A stretch of 51,349 nucleotides of DNA from the NCBI GenBank assembly GCA_003552365.1, contig PUKR01000099.1, forward strand, positions 1 through 51,349, read 5' to 3'. The stretch comes from Syntrophomonadaceae bacterium (GTDB lineage: Bacteria; Bacillota; Dethiobacteria; DTU022). This document shows, in pieces, positions 35,996-44,112 of the stretch. The stretch's first letter is position 1. Each line of letters starts with the position of its first letter. Below the pieces are notes generated by a model, which saw only the letters and a program-made list of their open reading frames with translations, did not search any database and was not told where the DNA came from. Both the position numbers and the translations under genes were made by a program.

Positions 35996-36881
35996 ATAAA
36001 AGACCTTTCTCTTCTGCCTGCTCCGCTGCTTCTTCACGGGCAACATTCAAAAGCATTTGCTCCAGCTGTTTTTTTTCTTCCCCCAGCAAATATTCGGCAA
36101 CACCGCTCTCCGATTCAACCCGGCAGCTGCCGCTGGGAACTCTTTCATCCGCAACCAGGTCCAGCTTAATAATTTCTGTGAACTCTTCTTTTAAGTTCTC
36201 CCGTTGTTCAAGGCAGACATCATGATCATTTGGATTAACATAAATCTCTACCTGCTCGCCACCGTTTAAAATATTTAAGGTTTCCCGAACAATTCCGGTG
36301 ATTGCTTCCGGATCAATCTCCAGCTGTTTATGGACCAGCCTTTCTGCAACAGCTACAGATAGCTCAACAATTTTTTGCTCCGAAGCTGCCACAATTTCTT
36401 TTGACCTGCTGCGGGCTTCCATCAAACATTCTTCCGCTTCTTTTAGTTTTTTTTGCGCTTCTTCCCGCATTTTCCGGCATTCATCTTCTGCCTTTTTCCT
36501 GCCTTTTTCATAACCTTCTTCAACACACTGCTCCATTCTTTCTTCCAGAATAGCTTCAGCTATTTCTTCCGGGCTTTTCTTTTTTTCCTTTTTTTGCTGA
36601 CTCTCCCCGGCATCATCTAATGCCTCTTCCGCGTCGGAAGGATCCTGTCTTTGTTCATGGTCATCTGCTTCCGCTTCACTTTCCCCCACGTAATCACTAT
36701 CTCCGGGCTGTGGCCAGAGGGCAATGTTTTCTTCCTGCCTCGAATTTTCAGTTTGCATTCCCGAAATCGGAGTATCAAAACCTTGATCCTGGCACTCCTG
36801 CTCTATAGAAATCTCTATCTCGTACGAAGAAGCGCCTGCAACTTGCGGTTGTTTATAAATTTTTTTAGGCGATAATGGCAT
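35982..36881 (-). CDS. fliH: flagellar assembly protein FliH
   Basis: It has an acidic N-terminal region followed by a FliH/V-ATPase-E-like charged helix (EGYEKGRKKAEDECRKMREEAQKKLKEAEE...) and a C-terminal domain. I set the start at ATG 36879-36881, which overlaps the fliG stop by 17 nt. Confidence 0.85.
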   Translation of the reverse strand: MPLSPKKIYKQPQVAGASSYEIEISIEQECQDQGFDTPISGMQTENSRQEENIALWPQPGDSDYVGESEAEADDHEQRQDPSDAEEALDDAGESQQKKEKKKSPEEIAEAILEERMEQCVEEGYEKGRKKAEDECRKMREEAQKKLKEAEECLMEARSRSKEIVAASEQKIVELSVAVAERLVHKQLEIDPEAITGIVRETLNILNGGEQVEIYVNPNDHDVCLEQRENLKEEFTEIIKLDLVADERVPSGSCRVESESGVAEYLLGEEKKQLEQMLLNVAREEAAEQAEEKGLLYDKH

Positions 36882-37878
36882 CGTCGCCACCCCTAGATAT
36901 GATAATTTCGCCGCTCTCATCAAGACGCCTGATTACAGCAACCACTCGCTGCTGGGATTCTTCAACTTCACGCAGCCTGACCGGTCCCATATATTCCATA
37001 TTTTCTTCGAGCATTTCGCCTGCCCGTTTGGAAATATTCTTGAAAACCCGGTTTTTCACTTCTTCGCTTGCTCCCTTTAGGGCCATAGCAATATCATTGC
37101 TCTCAAGGTCCCTGATAATTCTCTGGATGGAAGCATCGTCAAGGTTGACAATATCTTCAAAAATGAACATCTGCTGCCTGATTTCTTCGGCCAGCTCGGC
37201 ATCTTCTTTTTCCAGCTCTTCCAGGATTAACTTTTCCGTGCCCCGGTCAACATTATTTAGTATTTCAACTACTGCCCCAATGCCACCGGCAGAGGTAAAA
37301 TCCTGCTGAAAGATGGTCGAGAGGCGCTCCTGCATAACACTCTCCACTCCCTTGATAATTTGGGGTGAAGTCCGTTCCATAACCGCAATTCTCCGGGCTA
37401 TATCACTTTGAATTTCCTGGGGCAGTTCGGATATTACCATTGCCGACTGATCGGCATCCAGGTAAGAAAGAATAAAGGCAATCGTTTGCGGATGTTCCTG
37501 GCTGATCATGTTAACCAGCTGTTTTGCATCGGCATCCCTGACAAAAGTAAACGGCTTTACCTTGCTTTGTTCTTTCAATTTTTTCATCAAATCGGAAGCT
37601 TTCTGCGGGCCAAGAGTTCTTTCCAAAACCTCCTTGGCATAATCATATCCGCCGTTTACCATGTACTGCTGGGCTTCATGGATAGCAGTAAATTCTTCCA
37701 ATATTTCATCCAGGCTGTCTCTTTCCACCCTGGTTGTATTGGCAATCTCCATGCTGATCTTTTCAATTTCAGCCTCGCTGAAATGCTTTAATATTCCGGC
37801 TGAAAGGTTCGGGCCAAGCGCTAACAAAAATATTGCCACTTTTTTAAGCCCGGACATTCTTCTGGTGGCAGTAGTCAT
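36865..37878 (-). CDS. fliG: flagellar motor switch protein FliG
   Basis: 337-aa ORF. It has GLKKVAIFLLALG, EHPQTIAFILSYL and the C-terminal torque-helix region (MFIFEDI...ALKGASEEVKNRVFKNISKRAGEML). Confidence 0.96.
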   Translation of the reverse strand: MTTATRRMSGLKKVAIFLLALGPNLSAGILKHFSEAEIEKISMEIANTTRVERDSLDEILEEFTAIHEAQQYMVNGGYDYAKEVLERTLGPQKASDLMKKLKEQSKVKPFTFVRDADAKQLVNMISQEHPQTIAFILSYLDADQSAMVISELPQEIQSDIARRIAVMERTSPQIIKGVESVMQERLSTIFQQDFTSAGGIGAVVEILNNVDRGTEKLILEELEKEDAELAEEIRQQMFIFEDIVNLDDASIQRIIRDLESNDIAMALKGASEEVKNRVFKNISKRAGEMLEENMEYMGPVRLREVEESQQRVVAVIRRLDESGEIIISRGGDDAIIA

Positions 37879-37883
37879 AAATA

Positions 37884-39497
37884 TTATTCCTCCGTCAACC
37901 AGGTTTTAAGCAGGTTGGCCACACTTTCCGGTTCTTCTTTGGCCATATCCCGAATCAATTTTGCCTTTTTCTCAGCTTCTCCCGTTTCCTCTTCTGTTTC
38001 TTCACGAACCCTGCCCTCCATTTGATCTTCCAGGGAAAGCGGGTCCATCTCATATTCTTCCTCTTCACGCCTTCGCCTTGCCCTGGCCCGCAAGAACAGA
38101 ATCAAAGCCAGGAGAGCCAGCAATGCCGCTGCCGCAATGGCTATCAGCCATGGCAGGGGCAGGGGTAGAGCAACCGGCGGCTCTGCTGGCACCGGCTCCG
38201 GAACATCCGGTGGGGCAAAAGGGATCATTTGAACGCTTAATGTATCCCCCCGGGCCTCATCCAGCCCGACAGCGGAATCAACCAGTTCGGCAATCTGTTC
38301 ATCCATAAAGGGGTCGCCGCCATCATTGTCGATAATAACTGCTGTCGACAGGTTAACAACCTGCCCCGGGGCAGTTTCGATATATTCCCTGGTTTCACCA
38401 ACCTCGTAGTTAACGATCTCTTCAATATGTTCATAGCTTGATTCACCTTCTCCGGCAAGGGCCGCAGCCTGACCTGGAATATTAGCTTCCCCAACTTCTT
38501 CTACCGGAGCCCCCATGCTTTCAGACTGTTCTTCAATCCGGTGGGTAGAACGAGGTACGGGATCATTCTCATAAGCGACCATGGTCTGTTCGCGGCTGTC
38601 AAAATCCATTTCTGCAGAAACCATGGCCACTGCCCTGCCCGGCCCATAAACCTGCTCAAGGATTGAGCGTAACCTGCTCTCCAGTTCAGTTTCGAACTGG
38701 CGCTTAAGTTGATGCTGCTCTTCTATAGTTGAAGTTACAACATCATTATCAATTGGCGCGAAAGCATCGTGTAAAACATTACCGCCCTCGTCCACGACAC
38801 TTACATTTTCCGGCTTGAGGCCTTCAACGCTGCCGGAAACCAGGCTGACAATGCCACGGACCTGGTCTTCACTTAAGGTTGTAAGCGGGCTGAGGCGTAA
38901 AAATACTGAAGCGGAGGGGTCTTCCCTGTCTCTTATAAAAACACCGTCATCGGTTATAACCAGGTGCACCCGGGCCTGATCGACAGCATCAAGACTGGCA
39001 ATGGTCCGGCGCAATTCTTCTTCAAGGGCTATCTGCCACTGGGCCTGCCGCTCAAAGTCACTGGCAACCATGGCTCCCTCTTCAAACAGTTCAAACCCGA
39101 TCCCCTGGGCATGCAGATCCGGTGAGAGGTTAATCCGCAGGCGGTCACGTTGATCCGGCGGGACTAAGATGGTAGTTCCGTCATCCTCAAGTTCATATGG
39201 AATATTATCTTCATCGAGAGCGGCAGCTATTTCCCTGGCATCAGATGGATCAAGGCGGTGGTACAAAACTTCTTTTTGCTCGGAGATAGAACTGGTCACC
39301 GACAAAATCAGGATAGCGACAAAAGCTAAACCGGCTACCGCAATTATTCCGATTCTGGCTGGAGGCCGGAGGTTATACCAAAACCGCTTTAAGAAACTAT
39401 TCTCTTCTTCCTGGTATTCAGGCTCTTTCTGATAATTGTTCCCAGGCTGGTAATTGTTTTCACTTTCAGGTGACTGCCTTTCGTTTTCCTCAGCCAT
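37884..39497 (-). CDS. fliF: flagellar MS-ring protein FliF
   Basis: 537-aa ORF. It has an N-terminal TM segment, periplasmic ring-building motifs (LSPDLHAQGIGFELF..., ARVHLV), a second TM segment (LPWLIAIAAAALLALLALILFL) and a charged C-terminus. Confidence 0.95.
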   Translation of the reverse strand: MAEENERQSPESENNYQPGNNYQKEPEYQEEENSFLKRFWYNLRPPARIGIIAVAGLAFVAILILSVTSSISEQKEVLYHRLDPSDAREIAAALDEDNIPYELEDDGTTILVPPDQRDRLRINLSPDLHAQGIGFELFEEGAMVASDFERQAQWQIALEEELRRTIASLDAVDQARVHLVITDDGVFIRDREDPSASVFLRLSPLTTLSEDQVRGIVSLVSGSVEGLKPENVSVVDEGGNVLHDAFAPIDNDVVTSTIEEQHQLKRQFETELESRLRSILEQVYGPGRAVAMVSAEMDFDSREQTMVAYENDPVPRSTHRIEEQSESMGAPVEEVGEANIPGQAAALAGEGESSYEHIEEIVNYEVGETREYIETAPGQVVNLSTAVIIDNDGGDPFMDEQIAELVDSAVGLDEARGDTLSVQMIPFAPPDVPEPVPAEPPVALPLPLPWLIAIAAAALLALLALILFLRARARRRREEEEYEMDPLSLEDQMEGRVREETEEETGEAEKKAKLIRDMAKEEPESVANLLKTWLTEE

Positions 39498-39523
39498 TAA
39501 AGCACCTCATCCAATCCTAAGAT

Positions 39524-39829
39524 TTAGATCTGCATCCTGGAGATCTCCTGGTAAGCATCCAAAACTTTGTTTACTACCTGGCCGGTTAGCTGAAGGCTCA
39601 ATCGGGCCTCCTCTGTTTTAATCATGACCTGGTGAATATTTTCTATATCGCCGGCAAGCATATCATCGGCAGCCTGCTCGGCATCAATTTGTGTTTGATT
39701 AACCCCGTCCAGTGCTTCGTAAAGGCTATCGGCAAAGCTGCGGTCATTTTCTTTACCTTCTTCAGCCTGCCTGACAAAATTCCGATCTATAAAATTATTC
39801 CTGTTTACTCCTCCAACATTTTCTACCAT
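39524..39829 (-). CDS. fliE: flagellar hook-basal body complex protein FliE
   Basis: 101-aa ORF with SD AGGAGG. It has FADSLYEALDGVNQTQIDAEQA and C-terminal VVNKVLDAYQEISRMQI. Confidence 0.9.
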   Translation of the reverse strand: MVENVGGVNRNNFIDRNFVRQAEEGKENDRSFADSLYEALDGVNQTQIDAEQAADDMLAGDIENIHQVMIKTEEARLSLQLTGQVVNKVLDAYQEISRMQI

Positions 39830-39841
39830 TTAAGGTTCCTC

Positions 39842-40309
39842 CTAGCGGCCTATTTCTAGAGCTTTGGCATAAATGCTTTTAGCAGTATTCACAGCGGTTG
39901 AATTTGCTTCGTAAGAGCGCTGGGCCGTGATCATATCGGTCATTTCTTTGGCCAGCTCAATGTTGGGATATTCAACATAGCCGTCTTCCCCGGCATCGGG
40001 ATGTTCAGGGTCATAAACCGCCATCGGTTCCTCGTCATCAGCGATAATTCGGTCAACCCTGACTCCGTGTCCTTCTACTTTTCCAGGGATCCTTTCACTG
40101 GGAACAAAAGGCTGTACGATTCGCCTTCTCCCCTGTTCTTCAGCCCTGGCCAGATCCTCGGCAAAAGAAATGGTGCGCCGTCGGTAGGGACCGCCTTCTT
40201 CGGTGCGGGTAGTATTCATATTGGCAATATTGCCGGCGATGGTGTCCAACCGGGTTTTTTCTGCAGTCAGGGCTGAACCGGAAATACGAAAATCAGGAAA
40301 CATGGTCAC
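39842..40309 (-). CDS. flgC: flagellar basal-body rod protein FlgC
   Basis: 155-aa ORF. It has ISGSALTAEKTRLDTIAGNIANMNTTR and C-terminal YPNIELAKEMTDMITAQRSYEAN. The GTG start sits 8 nt after GGGAGG. Confidence 0.95.
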   Translation of the reverse strand: MTMFPDFRISGSALTAEKTRLDTIAGNIANMNTTRTEEGGPYRRRTISFAEDLARAEEQGRRRIVQPFVPSERIPGKVEGHGVRVDRIIADDEEPMAVYDPEHPDAGEDGYVEYPNIELAKEMTDMITAQRSYEANSTAVNTAKSIYAKALEIGR

Positions 40310-40311
40310 GC

Positions 40312-40716
40312 TTAACGCCTCCCTTCATTGATTACAAAACGCCAGTTATCAAAGCGAGTATTTAACTTTTGTGTATATGAATTGTAGCGAAGCTGGTTGC
40401 TGACCATATTGAGCATTTCCCGCTCCAGATCAACGTTGTTGCCGTCAATCCGGCGGATAGTAGAGGTGTCTTTTTTGATTTCAGGTTCGATGTCCCGATC
40501 GGGCATTTGGGGGAAATGCCTCTCATCGGTCCGGGCAAGCGGGGAATCAATTCTTTCCCGGGCTTCCTGCAGCTGTTTTTCAAAGGAAACATCGCTGCGC
40601 TGAAAACCCGGCGTGTTTAAGTTGGCAAGGTTATTGGCTGTCACCTGCTGGCGCAGGGTCGATGCATCCATCCCCTTAATTATGCCGGATGTGACTTTAT
40701 CCCGGAAAATTGTCAT
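40312..40716 (-). CDS. flgB: flagellar basal-body rod protein FlgB
   Basis: MTIFRDKV...QQVTANNLANLNTPGFQRSDVSF...DGNNVDLEREMLNMVSNQLRYN. I set the start at ATG 40714-40716, after GGGGGTG. The ORF track extends to 40761, through the leader terminator. Confidence 0.95.
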   Translation of the reverse strand: MTIFRDKVTSGIIKGMDASTLRQQVTANNLANLNTPGFQRSDVSFEKQLQEARERIDSPLARTDERHFPQMPDRDIEPEIKKDTSTIRRIDGNNVDLEREMLNMVSNQLRYNSYTQKLNTRFDNWRFVINEGRR

Positions 40717-40730
40717 CTTAACACCCCCGT

Positions 40731-40775
40731 TAACAAGTAAAAGAGAGGCTGCCAGTTGCAAAGCTGCCTCTCTTT
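40731..40775 (-). terminator. intrinsic terminator in the flgB leader (riboswitch expression platform)
   Basis: The minus strand reads AAAGAGAGGC-a-GC / loop UUUGCAACUG / GC-a-GCCUCUCUUU, followed by U ACUUGUU. That is a 10+2 bp stem ending in a U-run, 15 nt upstream of the flgB SD. Confidence 0.7.
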
Positions 40776-40831
40776 AGAAAACGGGGTTATCCCTTTTGAA
40801 GTTGGGCTATTCCCTTTTACTTCCTATAAGA

Positions 40832-40913
40832 GACTGGCAGCCTGGCAATCCGGCTTAACTGCGGATCCACGGCTTTGCGCCCCCATATCACTATGGGTTA
40901 GCCTTTATCAGTC
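40832..40913 (-). promoter_or_regulatory. c-di-GMP-I (GEMM-I-like) riboswitch aptamer in the flgB operon leader
   Basis: The 82-nt minus-strand sequence is GACUGAUAAAGGCUAACCCAUAGUGAUAUGGGGGCGCAAAGCCGUGGAUCCGCAGUUAAGCCGGAUUGCCAGGCUGCCAGUC. It has a closing helix GACU/AGUC + GGC/GCC, a GNRA-capped hairpin CCCAUA-GUGA-UAUGGG, the GCGCAAAGCC core and a second hairpin GGAUCCG/CGGAUU. The layout matches the V. cholerae Vc2 aptamer as I recall it (..GGGCAAACC-hairpin(GAAA)-GGGACGCAAAGCC..). Confidence 0.75.
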
Positions 40914-40941
40914 TTTTAGTCTTTCTCAATATTGGATTTAC

Positions 40942-40971
40942 ATTATAGCAAAATGATAACCACCAGGTCAA
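40942..40971 (-). promoter_or_regulatory. sigma-A-type promoter of the flgB operon
   Basis: On the minus strand, TTGACC (40966-40971), an 18-nt spacer, then TGcTATAAT (-10 at 40942-40947, extended TG). About 50 nt of almost pure A/T lies upstream (40972-41030), which looks like an UP element. Confidence 0.7.
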
Positions 40972-41237
40972 GGAAAATATAAAATAAAATTTAAATTGAT
41001 AATAATAATTTAAAAATTGACCTTTGTTTTTTACATTCGCTGCCTGTTTTGTAATTCCTTCTTAGATCAAAATATTTATTTAATACTTTTAAGTGTTAGC
41101 AATTTATATTAGTTGAGCAGAGGATTTGAAGATATTTTGCCGGGTAGCAAAGCAGCGGTGAAATAGAAAGTTTAGAGGTTATCTGTCAGAGTATCCAGGG
41201 TAATAAGCAAGCGTCAATCGGTACAGGATTTTTTAAA

Positions 41238-41654
41238 TTAGCATCTTTTTTTGAGAAACAGCTCCTGGTGTCCTTGCTTTATACCTTTATAAGCTTTCAA
41301 GGTTTGCCGGCCCCTTGCCAGCCTGTTTATAGTATTTCCGGATGTTTTTAAAGCTTCCTCCAGGCGGCGCCTGTTTTTTTCGCGGAAACCCTTAATTCCT
41401 TTTAATAAATGGGACAGTTTTTTAGATTGCTCAGCCGGTAATTCTTTTTTATCGGGAAGGTGAGTTTCCAGGTCGTTCAGTAATTTTTCTATCCTATCTC
41501 CATAATCTTGTAATTTTTGATCGTCAAGCTCCTCTATAGCCAAGCTTTCATTTTTTAAAGCATCATTCAGTTGATGAATAAGCTTTAATGTGTGGTTAAA
41601 ATTTTCCTGGGCTGGTTTTTTAGAGTTTTTCAAAAGACCACCGTTTCTCATCAT
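41238..41654 (-). CDS. hypothetical helical/charged protein downstream of fliW (possible flagellar chaperone or regulator)
   Basis: 138-aa ORF, predicted all-helical and Lys/Glu/Leu-rich (LIHQLNDALKNESLAIEELDDQKLQDYGDRIEKLLNDLE...). It is not CsrA-like. The SD is weak, so the start is uncertain. Confidence 0.5.
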   Translation of the reverse strand: MMRNGGLLKNSKKPAQENFNHTLKLIHQLNDALKNESLAIEELDDQKLQDYGDRIEKLLNDLETHLPDKKELPAEQSKKLSHLLKGIKGFREKNRRRLEEALKTSGNTINRLARGRQTLKAYKGIKQGHQELFLKKRC

Positions 41655-41688
41655 TTTTAATAATCAACTCTATCCTGAAAAATAACCA

Positions 41689-42120
41689 TTAGTTTTCCGG
41701 CCCTGCTACAGTGTCTAACGGCACTCTCATGTCCTCACAGCGGTGAGGCACTATCAACTGTTTGCCTCTTTTTTGGACCACATTGATCAGGATCGGTGCG
41801 GCAAGGTTGGTGTAAAGCCTGGCATCATCTACAGTAACGGTCGTAAAAATTATGAGATCCCGCTCTTTTTTGAGCATAAGATCACGCCGATCATCTCGCT
41901 GCAAATCTACACTGTAGCGAGGGAAAAATGGCAACGGATCAACCAGGATCATCCCGATCGAGGGATCATCAGCTGCTATCAGCATGGCAAAAAGCCTGTT
42001 TCCGGGAATTGGTTCAATTAAAAAGCGGCGGTACAATTCCAGGCCCGGGATACCACGGGGGAATATAAATTCTACAAGCTTCCTTTGACTGGTATCTACG
42101 GCTGATTGTTCAATTGTCAT
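41689..42120 (-). CDS. fliW: flagellar assembly factor FliW
   Basis: 143-aa ORF with SD AGGAGG. IEFIFPRGIPGLE...FLIEPIPGNRLFAMLIAADDP...LVDPLPFFPRYSVD...LIIFTTVTV is typical of FliW. Confidence 0.9.
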   Translation of the reverse strand: MTIEQSAVDTSQRKLVEFIFPRGIPGLELYRRFLIEPIPGNRLFAMLIAADDPSIGMILVDPLPFFPRYSVDLQRDDRRDLMLKKERDLIIFTTVTVDDARLYTNLAAPILINVVQKRGKQLIVPHRCEDMRVPLDTVAGPEN

Positions 42121-42148
42121 ATTTTATGACCTCCTGTTCTAAACACTC

Positions 42149-44101
42149 TTATCGCATGTAATCCACCAGGGTTGGCTGCAGCATTTTCTGGGCTGTAGAG
42201 AGAGCAGCGTGATAGGCATTCTCCTGCATTGTAAATTCTGTGATTACATAAGCCAGGTCGATATCTTCGATTTCCGAGCGAATTTCACGCAGTGATATGT
42301 TTTCGCTAAAGAGAGTGTCATACATTGCTTCCACCCGGTTCGATCGCGCTCCAACCTGGGCTAATTGTTCCAGGAAATGATCCACCGATTTGTCCATTTT
42401 ATCCAGGGCTTCGCCACCAAGCGCTTCACGATCATCGTTCATCAAGGCATTATATACTTCAAAAACTGCTTCAAAAACTTCTTCATTTTCGCCAAATACT
42501 TTTTTCCCGCTTAAATTCATAATCACCTGCTGGTGGGGGCTGATATCCTGGCTCCGCTCCTTGTCATCACCGTAATATACCGGAAATCCTTCACTATCGT
42601 AGGAAAAGGTTAGGGCTGCCTCTTCACCGGTATCTGCAAACTGATTATAAGATAGTGAAATGCTGCCATCATGAACTTCACCCTTGTTCGGAGAACGATC
42701 AAAAGTATCCAGGCTTTGATAATGCAGTTCGATATCCGAATCATTCAGGGCCTCTTCGGCAAAAACGTAGGTGATGCCAGATCCCCCTCCCCGGTGTTCA
42801 CCGCTGAGGTGTGCCTGATCGTAAGTAACTCCTTCTTCCCCGGAAGGTTTGAAATTCAATATTGCTTTGTCGCCCATCTTTAGATCGCCGGCATCAAGCG
42901 CATCTAATTGATCCAGGCCTTCAATGTTGAATTCGATATCTCCCAGGTTAACAGTTTGGCTTTCCTCACCCTCTTCACCATAGGTAAGGGTAAAACTGCC
43001 CTCGTGGTTTTCATAGGTTCCATCCAGGGCATACTGATGAGAGTTATAATGGTAGGTAACTTCACCGGTACTTTCATCAACACCGGTTACCTCCAGCTGT
43101 ACGGAAGCGCTGAAACCGGAAGCGACAGTTACGGAGTCACCATCTTCGGCGCCAGCGAGCTGATCCATATCGATCCTAAAATCATCTCCTAAAACTGATT
43201 CATTTCCGCCCTCAGGCTCAAGGACGCCATTTTCATCAACCGTTCCTTCTTCACCGCTTACACTTTCAACATAGTTCCATTGTTCCGTTTCCCCATCATA
43301 ATTAAGCTTTAAGGCAAAGCCTTGATCGGGCTCATTTTCTATAAAATTATTGTTATCGTAATCGATAGTCAGATCGGAACCTTCCTGCGGCTCTGCTTTA
43401 ACCATAACTCCACTGTTGATTTCTCCCGCCGTCTCCTCAAAATTATCATTGCCGATTATGTTCATAGCGCTGCCCTGTAAATACTGCCCGCTAAAGCTGA
43501 CAGCAGCTTCTTGATCAGCCTCCAATTCTTCCCTTACTTGATCGAGCCGGTAATCACCATTTTGCATGCCCTCTGCAATTAAATCATAAATTTCCGCTTC
43601 ATTTTCTTCCCCGTAACGGATCCCGCTATCCTCATTAACTTCAACATGATACATATTTTCGCGAACATAAGGAGAATTAAAAGTTTGATGTCCGCCAAAT
43701 ATATAAAGCCCGTTTGATTCTGTATTGGCAACTCCGATCATATGTTCAGTAAATTCAAGCACCTCGGGAGCTATTGCCCGACGATCTTCTGCAGTAAGGC
43801 TGTCATTAGCTCCGTAAATACATAACTCACGGATTCTTTGTAAAACATCAAGCCCGTTTTGCAATCCCCCTTCAGTGTTATCAAGCCAGCTTTTAGACTG
43901 ATTCATGTTCAACCGGAACTGCTCATTACGGTCTATCGAAGCACTATAACTCATAACCCGGCCCACACCTACCGGTTCCTGGGACGGGCGGGTAAACTTT
44001 TTCCCTGTTGACAATTGATCTCCATAGCGTTCAAGCCGTTGAAGATTGTTTTGAAGATTATGGTTTATGTTATGGGATACCATCTTATGGGTAATACGCA
44101 T
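42149..44101 (-). CDS. flgL: flagellar hook-associated protein 3 FlgL (flagellin-fold termini, about 400-aa acidic insert)
   Basis: 650-aa ORF with SD AGGAGG. It has an N-terminal flagellin-like helix (MRITHKMVSHNINHNLQNNLQRLERYGDQLSTGKKFTRPSQEP) and a C-terminal one (GARSNRVEAMYDTLFSENISLREIRSEIEDIDLAYVITEFTMQENAYHAALS). It sits directly after flgK. Confidence 0.88.
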   Translation of the reverse strand: MRITHKMVSHNINHNLQNNLQRLERYGDQLSTGKKFTRPSQEPVGVGRVMSYSASIDRNEQFRLNMNQSKSWLDNTEGGLQNGLDVLQRIRELCIYGANDSLTAEDRRAIAPEVLEFTEHMIGVANTESNGLYIFGGHQTFNSPYVRENMYHVEVNEDSGIRYGEENEAEIYDLIAEGMQNGDYRLDQVREELEADQEAAVSFSGQYLQGSAMNIIGNDNFEETAGEINSGVMVKAEPQEGSDLTIDYDNNNFIENEPDQGFALKLNYDGETEQWNYVESVSGEEGTVDENGVLEPEGGNESVLGDDFRIDMDQLAGAEDGDSVTVASGFSASVQLEVTGVDESTGEVTYHYNSHQYALDGTYENHEGSFTLTYGEEGEESQTVNLGDIEFNIEGLDQLDALDAGDLKMGDKAILNFKPSGEEGVTYDQAHLSGEHRGGGSGITYVFAEEALNDSDIELHYQSLDTFDRSPNKGEVHDGSISLSYNQFADTGEEAALTFSYDSEGFPVYYGDDKERSQDISPHQQVIMNLSGKKVFGENEEVFEAVFEVYNALMNDDREALGGEALDKMDKSVDHFLEQLAQVGARSNRVEAMYDTLFSENISLREIRSEIEDIDLAYVITEFTMQENAYHAALSTAQKMLQPTLVDYMR

Positions 44102-44112
44102 GCGCTAACCTC

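Noticed and set aside
40717-40761. Upstream extensions of ORF-track calls that use TTG/GTG or SD-less ATG starts, for example flgB to 40761, fliK to 34213, fliI to 36046, fliH to 36923, flhG to 20448, fliA to 18807 and cheY to 10443.
   Set aside because: The extended starts fall inside the preceding gene, inside the SD sequence or, for flgB, across the leader terminator. Downstream ATG/TTG codons with properly spaced SD sequences give N-termini typical of each family.
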